DNA from: an uncultured candidate division Zixibacteria bacterium
GTDB taxonomy: Bacteria; Zixibacteria; MSB-5A5; RBG-16-43-9
NCBI GenBank assembly: GCA_963713865.1
Contig: OY970208.1
Span: forward strand, 480,001-544,000
Reading direction: 5' to 3'
DNA length: 64,000 nucleotides
Made by a program: the position numbers and the translations under genes. Below the pieces are notes generated by a model, which was given only the letters and a program-made list of their open reading frames with translations, searched no databases and was not told the origin of the DNA. Below, piece after piece: positions 1-9,861 of the stretch. Position 1 is the stretch's first letter, and the number at the start of each line of letters is the position of its first letter.

Positions 1-6
1 CGGGCA

Positions 7-996
7 GTGGTGAGAAAATCAGTCCTTTTTTACAATTCAAGAGTGATTGGGATACTGGAGGGCTGGAGAGGTCTTTTAGAGGAGGGATTGACTGAAGACT
101 TAGACTTAAACCAGGTTTCAGGAATTCTGCATCGTGGAGGGACCATTATCAAAACCTCCCGTACCAATCCTTATAAAGTTGAAGATGGGGAGAAAAGGGT
201 TATAGAGAATAAAAGGAAAATGGGGCTGGATGCAATTGTAGCAGTAGGGGGAGAGGATACCTTAGGAGTTGCCGCCAAGCTTTACCAGGCAGGAGTAAAG
301 ATTGTCGGGGTTCCCAAGACCATAGATAATGACCTGGCAATGACAGATTATACTTTCGGATTTGATACTGCAGTGAATATCGCCATGGAGGCTATTGACC
401 GGGTGCATACTACTGCAGAATCGCATAACCGGGTGATGGTGGTTGAGGTTATGGGCAGGCATACTGGATGGATAGCCATTGAATCCGGTATTGCCGGAGG
501 CGCAGATATTATTCTGATTCCGGAAAAACCGGTGAATTTGGATAAAGTCTGTGAAAGCATCCGGAAGAGACATGCACGGGGTAAAGATTTTAGCATCGTG
601 GTTGTGGCTGAGGGAGCCAGGGTAGCCTTAGGAGAAGAGGATCAAAAGAAAGAGACTTTCATTGTGCAGGACGAGTGTAAGGATGCCTTTGGTCATGTGA
701 GACTGGGTGGAATCGGGAAGATCTTAGCCACCGAGATAGAGAAGAGGACCGGTTTTGAGTCCAGATTTGTAATCCTGGGTCATATCCAGAGAGGTGGTAC
801 ACCCACAGCTTTTGATAGGGTTTTAGGTACCCGTTTTGGAATAGCGGCTGTGGATTTGGTCCATCAGGGAAGATTCGGAAAAATGGTCAGTTTGCAGGGT
901 AATAAAATTATCCCTGTAGATCTTAAAGAAGCAGTTGCAGGTACCAAATATGTGGATGAGGAGCTTTATAAAATCGCAGATATTTTCTCAGCTTAA
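7..996 (+). CDS. pfkA: 6-phosphofructokinase, probably group III / PPi-type; 5' end cut by the window edge
   Basis: GGTIIKTSR, GGEDT, PKTIDND, TAESH, MGRHTGWIA and LGHIQRGG motifs; the N-terminal GGD motif is missing because the ORF starts at the window edge. Confidence 0.9.
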   Translation: MVRKSVLFYNSRVIGILEGWRGLLEEGLTEDLDLNQVSGILHRGGTIIKTSRTNPYKVEDGEKRVIENKRKMGLDAIVAVGGEDTLGVAAKLYQAGVKIVGVPKTIDNDLAMTDYTFGFDTAVNIAMEAIDRVHTTAESHNRVMVVEVMGRHTGWIAIESGIAGGADIILIPEKPVNLDKVCESIRKRHARGKDFSIVVVAEGARVALGEEDQKKETFIVQDECKDAFGHVRLGGIGKILATEIEKRTGFESRFVILGHIQRGGTPTAFDRVLGTRFGIAAVDLVHQGRFGKMVSLQGNKIIPVDLKEAVAGTKYVDEELYKIADIFSA

Positions 997-1035
997 ACCA
1001 ATAATCCACTTTTTAGACGTATAAAGTTTATAAAG

Positions 1036-1707
1036 ATGAAAAATTTATTATCCAGGATAGTTTTTTTATCACTTATGATTTTTTTCACAGGTTTGTTCTG
1101 GGCTGAGTTCAGCTGGGGAGTTGATCTTAGCACTAAAGATTTGATTGGTTTTAGAGGAGGAGTCTGGAAAGTTGAAAAAGCTGAGGAATTGCCATCATTC
1201 ATTGAGGCAAAAACTTACACCCCTTATATTGAATTTTTTATTTCCTATGGGATAAGAAAGGGGTTTTCCTTAGAGCTCAATTTCGGAGCAGGTTACCGGG
1301 GGGATACTAAATTTATAATTCCGGAGGGGTATTACTGGGAAAACTGGAATTTATACCCGATCTCCGGAAAGATCAAATACTCCTTCTTATCAACCTACTC
1401 CCCTAAGATTTATCAACCCTATTTTGATTTAGGCTTGACTTTTCTAACCAGCACCAGCACTTATAATGACCCCTATTATCTGGATGTCACCTATGTAAAT
1501 ACAAAAACTACCTTGGGAGCTTTAGCCGGATGGGGCCTGGATCTTAGCCTTTCTTCAAGGATATTACTTAACCTCGATTTTCAATATCGCTGGGTGAGTT
1601 TCAAGCATGAGGTTGCCGGGATTAAAAATTATAGTGGTCCGCAGTTGACTTTTGGCTTGGAATATATTATTAAACATAAAAAAGCAAAAGGTATCAATAA
1701 GCCTTAA
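1036..1707 (+). CDS. Putative outer-membrane beta-barrel protein (OmpW/OmpA-TM-like)
   Basis: Signal peptide; alternating aromatic/Gly beta-strands (YQPYFDLGL, LAGWGLDL, LNLDFQY, LTFGLEY). Confidence 0.6.
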   Translation: MKNLLSRIVFLSLMIFFTGLFWAEFSWGVDLSTKDLIGFRGGVWKVEKAEELPSFIEAKTYTPYIEFFISYGIRKGFSLELNFGAGYRGDTKFIIPEGYYWENWNLYPISGKIKYSFLSTYSPKIYQPYFDLGLTFLTSTSTYNDPYYLDVTYVNTKTTLGALAGWGLDLSLSSRILLNLDFQYRWVSFKHEVAGIKNYSGPQLTFGLEYIIKHKKAKGINKP

Positions 1708-1719
1708 GGAGGAAAAGAC

Positions 1720-2727
1720 ATGGCTATAAAAATTGGAATCAACGGATTTGGCAGGATCGGGAGGCTGGTTTACCGGGCAGGTTACCAAAATCAAAATTTA
1801 GAGTTTGTGGCTACCAATGACGTGACCGATGCAAAGACCTTAGCTCATCTTTTAAAATATGATTCGGTACACGGGAAGATGGAAGCTGAAATAAAAGCAG
1901 AGGGGAACAAGATAATAGTGAATGGTAAAAGCTTGGAAGTTTACAGCGAGAAAGACCCGTCCGCCCTTCCCTGGAGCAAGCTGGGAGTGTCGATCGTGGT
2001 GGAATCAACCGGTAAATACACAGACGGAAAGTCTGCGATGAAACATATCGAAGCTGGTGCTAAAAAGGTTCTAATCTCAGCCCCGGCTAAAAAATCAGAT
2101 GTCCCGGTTCAAACCATTATTTTAGGTGTAAATGATGACAAATACGACCCAAAGAAATTCCAGATCTTTACCATAGGCTCCTGCACCACCAACTGCCTGG
2201 CACCAGTTGCCAAGGTTATCAATGACAACTTTGGCATAAAGTATGGCTTTATGACCACCATCCACGCTTATACCAATGACCAGCGGATATTGGATACCCC
2301 TCATAAGGATTTAAGAAGGGCCAGGGCTGCAGCTGTATCTATGATCCCTACTACCACAGGAGCGGCTAAGGCACTCTCTTTGGTCCTGCCTGAATTAGAA
2401 GGAAAATTAGATGGGGTTGCAGTCAGGGTTCCAGTGTGCAACGGCTCTTTAGTAGATTTAGTCTGCGAGACCGAAAAAGAGGTAAGTGTGGAAAGTGTTA
2501 ATGTTGCATTTAAAAAGGCAACGGAAGGCAAGATGAAAAAATATATCGAATATTGTGAGGACCCGATTGTCTCCTGCGACGTGATAGGAAACCCTCATTC
2601 CTCCATCTTCGATGTAGCTTCCACTATGGTCAAGGGAAAAAATCTTTTGAAGGTTTTTGCCTGGTATGATAACGAATGGGGATTCTCTTTGAGGATGATA
2701 GAGATGTTAGAGTTGATGGGGAAATAA
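1720..2727 (+). CDS. gap: Glyceraldehyde-3-phosphate dehydrogenase, type I
   Basis: GINGFGRIGR, SCTTNCLAP and WYDNEWG motifs; RBS AGGAGG. Confidence 0.98.
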   Translation: MAIKIGINGFGRIGRLVYRAGYQNQNLEFVATNDVTDAKTLAHLLKYDSVHGKMEAEIKAEGNKIIVNGKSLEVYSEKDPSALPWSKLGVSIVVESTGKYTDGKSAMKHIEAGAKKVLISAPAKKSDVPVQTIILGVNDDKYDPKKFQIFTIGSCTTNCLAPVAKVINDNFGIKYGFMTTIHAYTNDQRILDTPHKDLRRARAAAVSMIPTTTGAAKALSLVLPELEGKLDGVAVRVPVCNGSLVDLVCETEKEVSVESVNVAFKKATEGKMKKYIEYCEDPIVSCDVIGNPHSSIFDVASTMVKGKNLLKVFAWYDNEWGFSLRMIEMLELMGK

Positions 2728-2843
2728 TAAATAAAGGTTCAAAAGTTCAAGGGTTCAAAGGTTTAAGGGAAAATAAAAAAAAGAAGAAAAAGAGAGAAGT
2801 GAGAAGAAAGACGTGAGACAAAAATTTGGGGAGGATAAAAAAG

Positions 2844-4040
2844 ATGAATAAATTGACCATAGATGATCTGAAGTTGAAGGATAAAAGGGTCCTGGTCAGG
2901 GTTGATTTCAATGTGCCTTTGAATGAGAAAAAAGAGGTGGCGGATGATACCCGCATCGTGGAATCTCTACCGACGATCAAAAAAATCTTAAACGATGGCG
3001 GGAAGGCTATCCTGATGTCCCATTTGGGCAGACCCAAGGGGAAAGACCCTAATTTGAGTTTAGCTCCGGTAGCTAAAAGATTGGAAAAACTTTTGGGCAA
3101 ACCGGTTAAATTCGTAGATGATTGTATTGGTGAAAAAGTGGAAAAAGCTGTTTCAGGGCTTAAGAGTTCTGAATGCCTGCTCCTGGAAAATCTCAGGTTT
3201 TATCCACAGGAGGAGAAAAACGACCCGGAATTTGCAAAAAGTTTAGCTAAATGGGGTGAGGTTTATATAAATGATGCTTTTGGCACTGCTCACCGCGCGC
3301 ATGCCTCGACTGAAGGGGTAACTAAATATATTAAGGAGTGTGCAGCCGGATATTTAATGCAGAAGGAGTTGAAATATCTGGGTATGGCATTAACCCAGCC
3401 CAAAAGACCCTTTATAGCTATCCTGGGAGGGGCAAAGATATCCGGGAAAATTGATGTCATTAAAAACCTTCTGGATAAAGTTGACACCCTTTTAATTGGT
3501 GGTGGGATGGCTTTCACTTTTTATAAAGCTATGGGAAAAGAGATTGGTTCTTCCATCTTGGAAGGGGATAAAGTCGAATTAGCCAAGGAGATATTAGCTG
3601 AAGCAGAAAAAAAGAAGGTCGATTTAGAGCTTCCAGATGATTTCATAATTGCACCTGAAGCCAAAGAAGATACCTCTACCAAGGTAGTGAATAAAGACAA
3701 TATTCCTGTTGGCTGGAAAGGGTTAGATATAGGTCCTGAAACTCTAAAACTTTTCAGGGAAAAGATTGAAAATGCCAAAACTGTTGTCTGGAACGGGCCA
3801 ATGGGTGTCTTTGAAGTGGATAAATTTTCTAAAGGAACCATAGGAGTTGCTGACCAGCTTGCCCGGATAACCAGGAAAGGTGCGACCACAATTGTGGGTG
3901 GTGGGGATTCAGTTGCGGCTTTAGCCAAGGTAAATTTAGAAAAGGAGATGACTCACGTTTCCACGGGAGGAGGAGCTTCTTTAGAATTCTTAGAAGGGAA
4001 GACTCTACCCGGAGTGGCAGCTTTGACTGATAAAAAGTAA
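2844..4040 (+). CDS. pgk: Phosphoglycerate kinase
   Basis: RVDFNVP, LLENLRF, NDAFGTAHRAH and STGGGASLE motifs; ATG at 2844 after GGAGG. Confidence 0.98.
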   Translation: MNKLTIDDLKLKDKRVLVRVDFNVPLNEKKEVADDTRIVESLPTIKKILNDGGKAILMSHLGRPKGKDPNLSLAPVAKRLEKLLGKPVKFVDDCIGEKVEKAVSGLKSSECLLLENLRFYPQEEKNDPEFAKSLAKWGEVYINDAFGTAHRAHASTEGVTKYIKECAAGYLMQKELKYLGMALTQPKRPFIAILGGAKISGKIDVIKNLLDKVDTLLIGGGMAFTFYKAMGKEIGSSILEGDKVELAKEILAEAEKKKVDLELPDDFIIAPEAKEDTSTKVVNKDNIPVGWKGLDIGPETLKLFREKIENAKTVVWNGPMGVFEVDKFSKGTIGVADQLARITRKGATTIVGGGDSVAALAKVNLEKEMTHVSTGGGASLEFLEGKTLPGVAALTDKK

Positions 4041-4157
4041 ACTATAATCTTTGTCCGGGAAACGGATCTACAGGAGAGGAGAAAAAGAAAGAAATTGAAC
4101 GAAAAAAATAATCATAAATCCGAATTTAAAGGACCTAATAATCGCCATAATTCAGGG

Positions 4158-4930
4158 ATGAATAAGAAAACCAGATCTCTTTTTATCGCCGGCAACTGGA
4201 AGATGTACAAGGACCATAAGGAAGGCTCAATCTTAGCTTCTGCCCTTAAGGAAAGATTAGCTGATGTATCCACCATCCAGATGGTTTTATGTCCACCTTT
4301 CACCTCTTTACAGGCAGTGTCTTCAGCTATAGAAGGCTCCGCTTTCTTTTTAGGTGCTCAAAATGTTCACTGGGAAAAGGAGGGTGCTTTTACCGGAGAT
4401 ATTCCTCTCAGATGCTTTTATCTTTAGGCTGTAAATATGTTATAATCGGTCATTCGGAAAGGAGACTTCTCTTTCATGAAAGTAACAAAATAGTCAACCT
4501 TAAGCTCAAAACTGCTTTAAAAGAAGGGTTAATCCCGATTCTATGTGTAGGCGAGACCCTGCAGGAAAGGGAAAAGGGGAAAACCGAAGAGATAGTCGAA
4601 GAACAGCTCAAAGGCGCTTTTGAGGATTTGACTCCCGAGGATGTGGGGAAGATAGTTTTAGCTTATGAGCCAGTCTGGGCTATAGGAACAGGCAAAACCG
4701 CCACTCCCAAGCAAGCCAATGACATGCACCTTTTCATCCGTAGAAAACTTGAGGAAAGATATGCTCAGGAGATAGCTGCGAACAAGAGAATACTTTACGG
4801 AGGTTCGGTAAAACCGGAGAATGCTAAAGACCTTTTAAAGGAACAGGAGATAGATGGTGCCCTGGTCGGGGGCGCAAGTTTAGATCTGGATTCTTTTGAG
4901 AAGATAGTGAGAAGTGGTTTGGATTTGTAG
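4158..4930 (+). CDS. tpiA: Triosephosphate isomerase with a 1-bp frameshift at about 4400 (probably a sequence error)
   Basis: IAGNWKM...GAFTG in one frame; IIGHSERR, AYEPVWAIGTG, YGGSVK and LVGGASL in the next frame. Confidence 0.92.
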
Positions 4931-4966
4931 TTTTCAATATTCATCTTTGGTTGAAAAGGAGGTATT

Positions 4967-5371
4967 TTGTACGCTTTTTTGATTCTTTTGCATGTGATTA
5001 TATGTGCCGCTTTAATAATCACGGTTCTTTTGCAGTCGAGCAAGGGAGAGGGATTAGCTGGTGCTTTTGGTGGCTCAGGGATTACCGGTGCGGTTTTTGG
5101 TGGAAGGGGAGCAGCTACATTTCTCTCTAAAGCCACTACAATTTTAGCGATCGCCTTTTTTGTCAGCTCTATTGCTTTGACCTTTATAACTCCCATAACC
5201 GGGACCAGAGGCGGTGGTGCAGGGAAAAGTGCAATAAGCCAGGAGGCACAAAAAGAAAAAGGACAGGGCTCTTTGCCTGCAACCGGGATTCCAGGGACAA
5301 CCCAGGAAACTCAGCCTCAAACAGATAATAAGGTTGAATTACCTCCTCCCCCACAAGGTGGTGGGAAATAG
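4967..5371 (+). CDS. secG: Preprotein translocase subunit SecG
   Basis: Two TM segments, VLLQxxKGxGLAGAFGG motif, conserved tpiA-secG-tRNA-Leu synteny. Confidence 0.92.
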   Translation: MYAFLILLHVIICAALIITVLLQSSKGEGLAGAFGGSGITGAVFGGRGAATFLSKATTILAIAFFVSSIALTFITPITGTRGGGAGKSAISQEAQKEKGQGSLPATGIPGTTQETQPQTDNKVELPPPPQGGGK

Positions 5372-5400
5372 TTCGTTTAGAGAAACTAAAGTAAGGGTTT

Positions 5401-5482
5401 GCGGAAGTGGTGGAATTGGCAGACACGCTATCTTGAGGGGGTAGTGGGGTGACCCGTGGGGGTTCAAGTCCCCCCTTCCGCA
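5401..5482 (+). tRNA. tRNA-Leu(GAG)
   Basis: GCGGAAG/CTTCCGC acceptor stem, D-loop TGGCAGAC, anticodon loop TTGAGGG, long variable arm, GTTCAAGTCC. Confidence 0.95.
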
Positions 5483-5497
5483 GTTCTTTTAGGCAAA

Positions 5498-5520
5498 GCA
5501 TCCAAGTGGATGCATTTTTT
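5498..5520 (+). terminator. Intrinsic terminator after tRNA-Leu
   Basis: GCATCCA-AG-TGGATGC followed by a T run. Confidence 0.6.
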
Positions 5521-5545
5521 ATTTAAATATTTTTAATAAGAATTC

Positions 5546-5681
5546 TGGAGTGTACACCTTCAGGTTTACAAAATGAATCGATATTTATTTGCTCGAGTAC
5601 AGAAGCTGTACTACTACACGGAAAAACATGATAGATATTCCCTAAGCAATAATAAAGGTAAAGATAAAGCTTTACACTCCA
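5546..5681. repeat. TGGAGTG-type inverted REP doublet (family A)
   Basis: TGGAGTGTACACC...GGTTTACA and GGTAAAG...CTTTACACTCCA; copies at 13412, 21790, 28419, 40125. Confidence 0.8.
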
Positions 5682-6928
5682 GTGTTTTTTTCTTTAATCT
5701 CTTTAGAACCGATTCGATAAATAACCTCACTCAATCCTAAAACGAAAAACAGTATCATATTATCAATCGCGGCAGTATAATAGCATTGAAATTGTGAAGC
5801 TAATAGATATGCGAATAGAGTTAATAACCCCCCCAAGATTAAAGCTTTTTGGTAACCTTCCTTTATCTCTTTATATCTACGGAGAAGGTTTTTCAATAAA
5901 ATCACCCAGAGAAAAATAAAAGCTAAAAGCCCGATTATCCCGGCATTTACCGCTACATTTAAAAAATCGTTATGCGCATGACCAAAAATCTCAGAAGGTA
6001 TTTTCAGATAGCTCCGGTAAAACTCCGGGAAATTACCAAACCCTATCCCGAAAACAGGATGATCTTTGAAGATGTTAAAAGAGGTTGACCAGATGATTGA
6101 TCTTATATCTGCCCGCTGCAAAGAACCAGCTTTGGCTGCCATAATCGACCTGCCCAATATGCCTGGATCGATTAAATAGATAGCAATAAAGTAGCCAGCT
6201 ACAGCTAAACCCTCTTTCAATTTATGCCTGCTTTTTGAGAAGATAAAAAACAGGATGAAAGCGAAAACTTGTGCATAAAGAGTGCTCCGGGTATAGCTGA
6301 ATAGATTTCCGGTTACACAAAGTACTGAAACTGTAAAATAGAATATTTTCAAGGAAGTTTTTTTCGCATAAGATGCCAGGCAAAAACTGACTATACCTAT
6401 TACCATGGCATAGAAAGCATAAGTTAAAGACAAATTAAAGAAACCGGGGGAGCGGAATTTTCCATAAGGTAGAAGTTGGTCAAGGGGCTTGTGTCTTATC
6501 AGGTCTATCCCGGTATAATGTTGCCAGATAGCGTAAAGTGCTACAATCCCCGATATCAGAAAAATCAGGTGAACTAATTTCCTTATGAAATTTTCGTCCT
6601 TAAGATTGTTTATCAAGAGAAACGGGATTACGAGCAGCCATTCATCCCTGAGACTAACAAGGCTTCGGACTGGATTCTGGGAGAAGACGATCGAGACGAG
6701 GTAAGCTCCTAAATAGACTAAAACCGGCAGTTCAAAGAAGGAGCTTTCCCAGTTAAAACCTTTTTTAGAGATAATTCTCCAGATCCAGCCTAAAAGGGCA
6801 AAACAGAGTCCGGTTTGAGTTCCAGCGATAGAAAAGGGAGAAAAAAATACAAAGAGGAAAAGTCCAAAATTTACTAAAGCTTGAGGTGAGATAAATTTTT
6901 CTTTTTTATTAGAAGATATATCGAGCAT
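5672..6928 (-). CDS. O-antigen ligase (WaaL/Wzy_C) family membrane protein
   Basis: Multi-TM; SYTRS, IWSTS..IFKDHPVFGIGFGNF and HAHNDFL motifs. Confidence 0.85.
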   Translation of the reverse strand: MLDISSNKKEKFISPQALVNFGLFLFVFFSPFSIAGTQTGLCFALLGWIWRIISKKGFNWESSFFELPVLVYLGAYLVSIVFSQNPVRSLVSLRDEWLLVIPFLLINNLKDENFIRKLVHLIFLISGIVALYAIWQHYTGIDLIRHKPLDQLLPYGKFRSPGFFNLSLTYAFYAMVIGIVSFCLASYAKKTSLKIFYFTVSVLCVTGNLFSYTRSTLYAQVFAFILFFIFSKSRHKLKEGLAVAGYFIAIYLIDPGILGRSIMAAKAGSLQRADIRSIIWSTSFNIFKDHPVFGIGFGNFPEFYRSYLKIPSEIFGHAHNDFLNVAVNAGIIGLLAFIFLWVILLKNLLRRYKEIKEGYQKALILGGLLTLFAYLLASQFQCYYTAAIDNMILFFVLGLSEVIYRIGSKEIKEKNTGV

Positions 6929-6933
6929 TAGAT

Positions 6934-8496
6934 TTAGTTTCCCGGTGAAAACCTCTTTAAAATTTCTAAGAACTTGCTGAATACCTTATCCAGATCAAAA
7001 GGCAGTTTTACAATATATCTTGAAGCCAGGTCAAAATCAAGTTTTTCCAAGCCCCGGATAAAAGTCAAGAAAATCGGATAGAAGATGACTCCCAGCAATA
7101 TGCAGATTAGAAGTCCATAAACTCCGGGTAAAAACGAAGAGAGGAAGTAAACTAAAATTCCCATTAAGACCGAGGCTAAAATAATCTTCAGGATTGGAAT
7201 TAGCGGAAATTTTTCTTTTAGAAATATTGCATAAACATAAATGATTATACCTAACCCGAAAAAAGCCTGAGTTGAAAAACTCACCCAGACTGCCCCTAAG
7301 GCTTGATATTTGCGGGTGAGAAAAATATTCAAGATCAATTTCAAAATAACCGCAAGTATATAAAACCTGAGAACCACCTTCTGTTTTTCAAGACTGTAAA
7401 GCATTGAAGATGACGCCTGGGATAATGCTCCAAATGCTCCGGCTGAAAGGATAATCGAAAATATAAGAGAAGAGGGCAGATACTCTGCACCGTAGATACT
7501 GGTAATAATTCTGGAAGAAAGAAAAATCCCGCCAGCACACAAAGGGAAAACTAAAAGGGCTAAATATCTGGTGGAATTATAATGGATACTTAGCAGTCTT
7601 TCTCTTTGAGCACCACCATAGGCTTCAGACATAGTGGGGAGCAATACTCCCGCAAAAGCGCCTGGCAGAAGCAGGATAACCTTATTGGCTAAATTGAAAC
7701 CTAAATTGTAAAAGGCTACCTGCCTTTCGGTACTGAAAGCTCCCAAAAATAATAGCTCGAACCTCTCCCAGAGAAAGGTTTCCAGAATAAGGATAATAAA
7801 AATAGTTTTGCTATAATCTGTCAGTTTGTTTTTCAATTCCAAGGGTAAAACTTCTTTTACAAATGGATATTTTTTTGAATGATAAATATTAAAATAAAGG
7901 AAAAAGCCTGCAAGATTGGAAATAAAGCTGACCCAGAAAAGAGATTCTACTTCTCCTTTAAAAATCATTATCAAAAGGATCAAAAGAAAGGTTAAAGGGG
8001 AGAGGATAAAGGTTAAAAGGGCAATCAGGTCATACCTTAAAAATCCTGAGAAACCCGCCATATAAATAGCTAAAAGCCCCATAGGGATTATCCCTAAAGA
8101 CCCGATTCTCAGATATAGGGAGAGATATGGTTTATGATAAAGATCAGCCAGAAGTGGAGCAAAAATAAATAATAAAATTGTAAGAATTACCCCAGCCCAG
8201 AAGATCCATCTGGAACAATTCCTGAGAATAAGCCCTGCAGATTTATAATCCTTCTTACCTGAATATTCTGATATATATTTTGTCACGGTAGTGGGAAGAC
8301 CTAAATTGACTAAAAACCCAATCATAGTCAGAATCCAGAAAGCTAAGCTGTATTCCCCCAATTTTTCCGGACCCAGTATTCTGGCAACAACGATCGAGGT
8401 TACAAAACCGAAGAAAAGCCCGGTTCCCCTGAAAAAGAAATTGTAAAGGGTGTTTTTTGCTAAAGAAGGAGTGTAAATATTCTGAGGTATTCCCAA
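6934..8496 (-). CDS. Polysaccharide flippase (Wzx/MOP family)
   Basis: LAKNTLYN, VARILGPEKLGEY, NLGL..TVTKYISEY; about 14 TM segments. Confidence 0.85.
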   Translation of the reverse strand: MGIPQNIYTPSLAKNTLYNFFFRGTGLFFGFVTSIVVARILGPEKLGEYSLAFWILTMIGFLVNLGLPTTVTKYISEYSGKKDYKSAGLILRNCSRWIFWAGVILTILLFIFAPLLADLYHKPYLSLYLRIGSLGIIPMGLLAIYMAGFSGFLRYDLIALLTFILSPLTFLLILLIMIFKGEVESLFWVSFISNLAGFFLYFNIYHSKKYPFVKEVLPLELKNKLTDYSKTIFIILILETFLWERFELLFLGAFSTERQVAFYNLGFNLANKVILLLPGAFAGVLLPTMSEAYGGAQRERLLSIHYNSTRYLALLVFPLCAGGIFLSSRIITSIYGAEYLPSSLIFSIILSAGAFGALSQASSSMLYSLEKQKVVLRFYILAVILKLILNIFLTRKYQALGAVWVSFSTQAFFGLGIIIYVYAIFLKEKFPLIPILKIILASVLMGILVYFLSSFLPGVYGLLICILLGVIFYPIFLTFIRGLEKLDFDLASRYIVKLPFDLDKVFSKFLEILKRFSPGN

Positions 8497-8524
8497 ATTC
8501 TATTTACTCCGGAGATCACTTTAT

Positions 8525-9112
8525 CTAACAATTCCTCTCGATCAGATCACAGACTATATGCCCGATGAGAAGATGAACCTCTTGAATCCTCTGGGTCTCA
8601 GGAGAGGGGACGATAATTGAGTAATCAGCAATTCGGCTCATCTCTCCCCCTTTTTTACCTGATAAGGTCAAAGTTATCATTCCGATTTTCCTGGCAGTTC
8701 TTATAGCTAAATTCACATTAGTTGATTCACCCGAAGTGCTTAAAGCCAAAAGACAGTCCCCTTTCTTACCCAAAGCCTCTACCTGTCGTGAAAACACTTT
8801 TTCAAATCCAAAGTCATTTGAGGCTGCAGTCAAGATCGACGGGTTAACTGTCAGGGCAATGGCAGGGAGAGCTCTCCTTTTCGAATCAGAACGTAATCTT
8901 ACCACCAGCTCCCCGGCAATATGCTGGGCATCTGCTGCAGAGCCACCATTCCCGCAGAGTAAGATCTTCCCACCTTTTTTAAAACAATCATTCAAAATCT
9001 CTGTAAGTTTCACAATCTTTTCTGAAAATTTAGATTTAATTTTTTCCTCTAAAGCAATACTCTCCTCAATCTGGGATTGAACCAGTGAAATCTGTTTTGA
9101 ATTTTTTTTCAT
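8525..9112 (-). CDS. gmhA: Phosphoheptose isomerase
   Basis: CGNGGSAADAQH, NDFGFEKVFSRQ, STSGES and RIQEVH motifs. Confidence 0.95.
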   Translation of the reverse strand: MKKNSKQISLVQSQIEESIALEEKIKSKFSEKIVKLTEILNDCFKKGGKILLCGNGGSAADAQHIAGELVVRLRSDSKRRALPAIALTVNPSILTAASNDFGFEKVFSRQVEALGKKGDCLLALSTSGESTNVNLAIRTARKIGMITLTLSGKKGGEMSRIADYSIIVPSPETQRIQEVHLLIGHIVCDLIERNC

Positions 9113-9119
9113 AGTATCT

Positions 9120-9794
9120 TTAATTCATTGGAGCAGGCATCTTGCCTGTTCTATAGTTGTCAGGCAAGAATGTCTGACCTACCGGTTTTGTATCGGTCTG
9201 CCAAGCATCCTGTCTGTCTTGTGATTTTTTTTCATATAGCATCTCTTCAAAACCACCCCATTGATTTTTATAATTATCATCCGGAACAGATTCAGGGTTT
9301 TCCCGGTCGTATTGCCATTGCAGGGGATTATATAGAATATATTCCCGGATAAGATTTAATTCGTTTTCGTTTCTGACCACATGTTCGTAATAGTTACGTT
9401 GCCAGACAGGTATACCTGGCATATGGCGCATTTCATTAATACGACGTGAGGAAAATGTTTTAAAACCACGAATGATTTCTGAAAGGGGATATTTTGTAGG
9501 GGCAGGTTTCAAACCTGCCCCTACAATAAAAATAATTCCATGAAAATGGTTTGGCATTATTGTAAATACATCTATTCTAATATTGGGATAATATTTTGGC
9601 AAGTCTAACCAAGTTGATTTAACTATTTTGCCGAATTTGCTAAGATTAATCTTTCCATCTAATATTTTCCCCAAAATAGATTTACCTTTATGTATGCAAA
9701 TGGTGATAAAATATGCACCCGGTCTTGAATAATCGAAATCTCTCAACCTGATTGAACGGCGGTGGTGTTTTTCTTTATCTGAAATTTTATCCAT
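9120..9794 (-). mobile_element. REP-associated tyrosine transposase (RAYT, IS200-like HUH/Y1)
   Basis: RRSIRL..FDYSxPGAYFITIC, HUH motif MPNHFHGI, WQRNYYEH, YIxxNP; flanked by GTAG palindromes at 9130-9183 and 9809-9861. Confidence 0.92.
9496..9524. repeat. Perfect GTAG REP palindrome inside the RAYT coding sequence
   Basis: GTAGGGGCAGGTTT-C-AAACCTGCCCCTAC, translated as VGAGLKPAPT. Confidence 0.9.
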
Positions 9795-9808
9795 CTATTC
9801 AATACTAT

Positions 9809-9861
9809 GTAGGGTTTGATTTATCAAACCCTATTTGGGGTACGATGAATCGTGTCCCTAC
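9809..9861. repeat. Inverted pair of GTAG REPs upstream of RAYT
   Basis: GTAGGGTTTGAT-TT-ATCAAACCCTA and GGGGTACGATGAATCGTGTCCCTAC. Confidence 0.8.
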
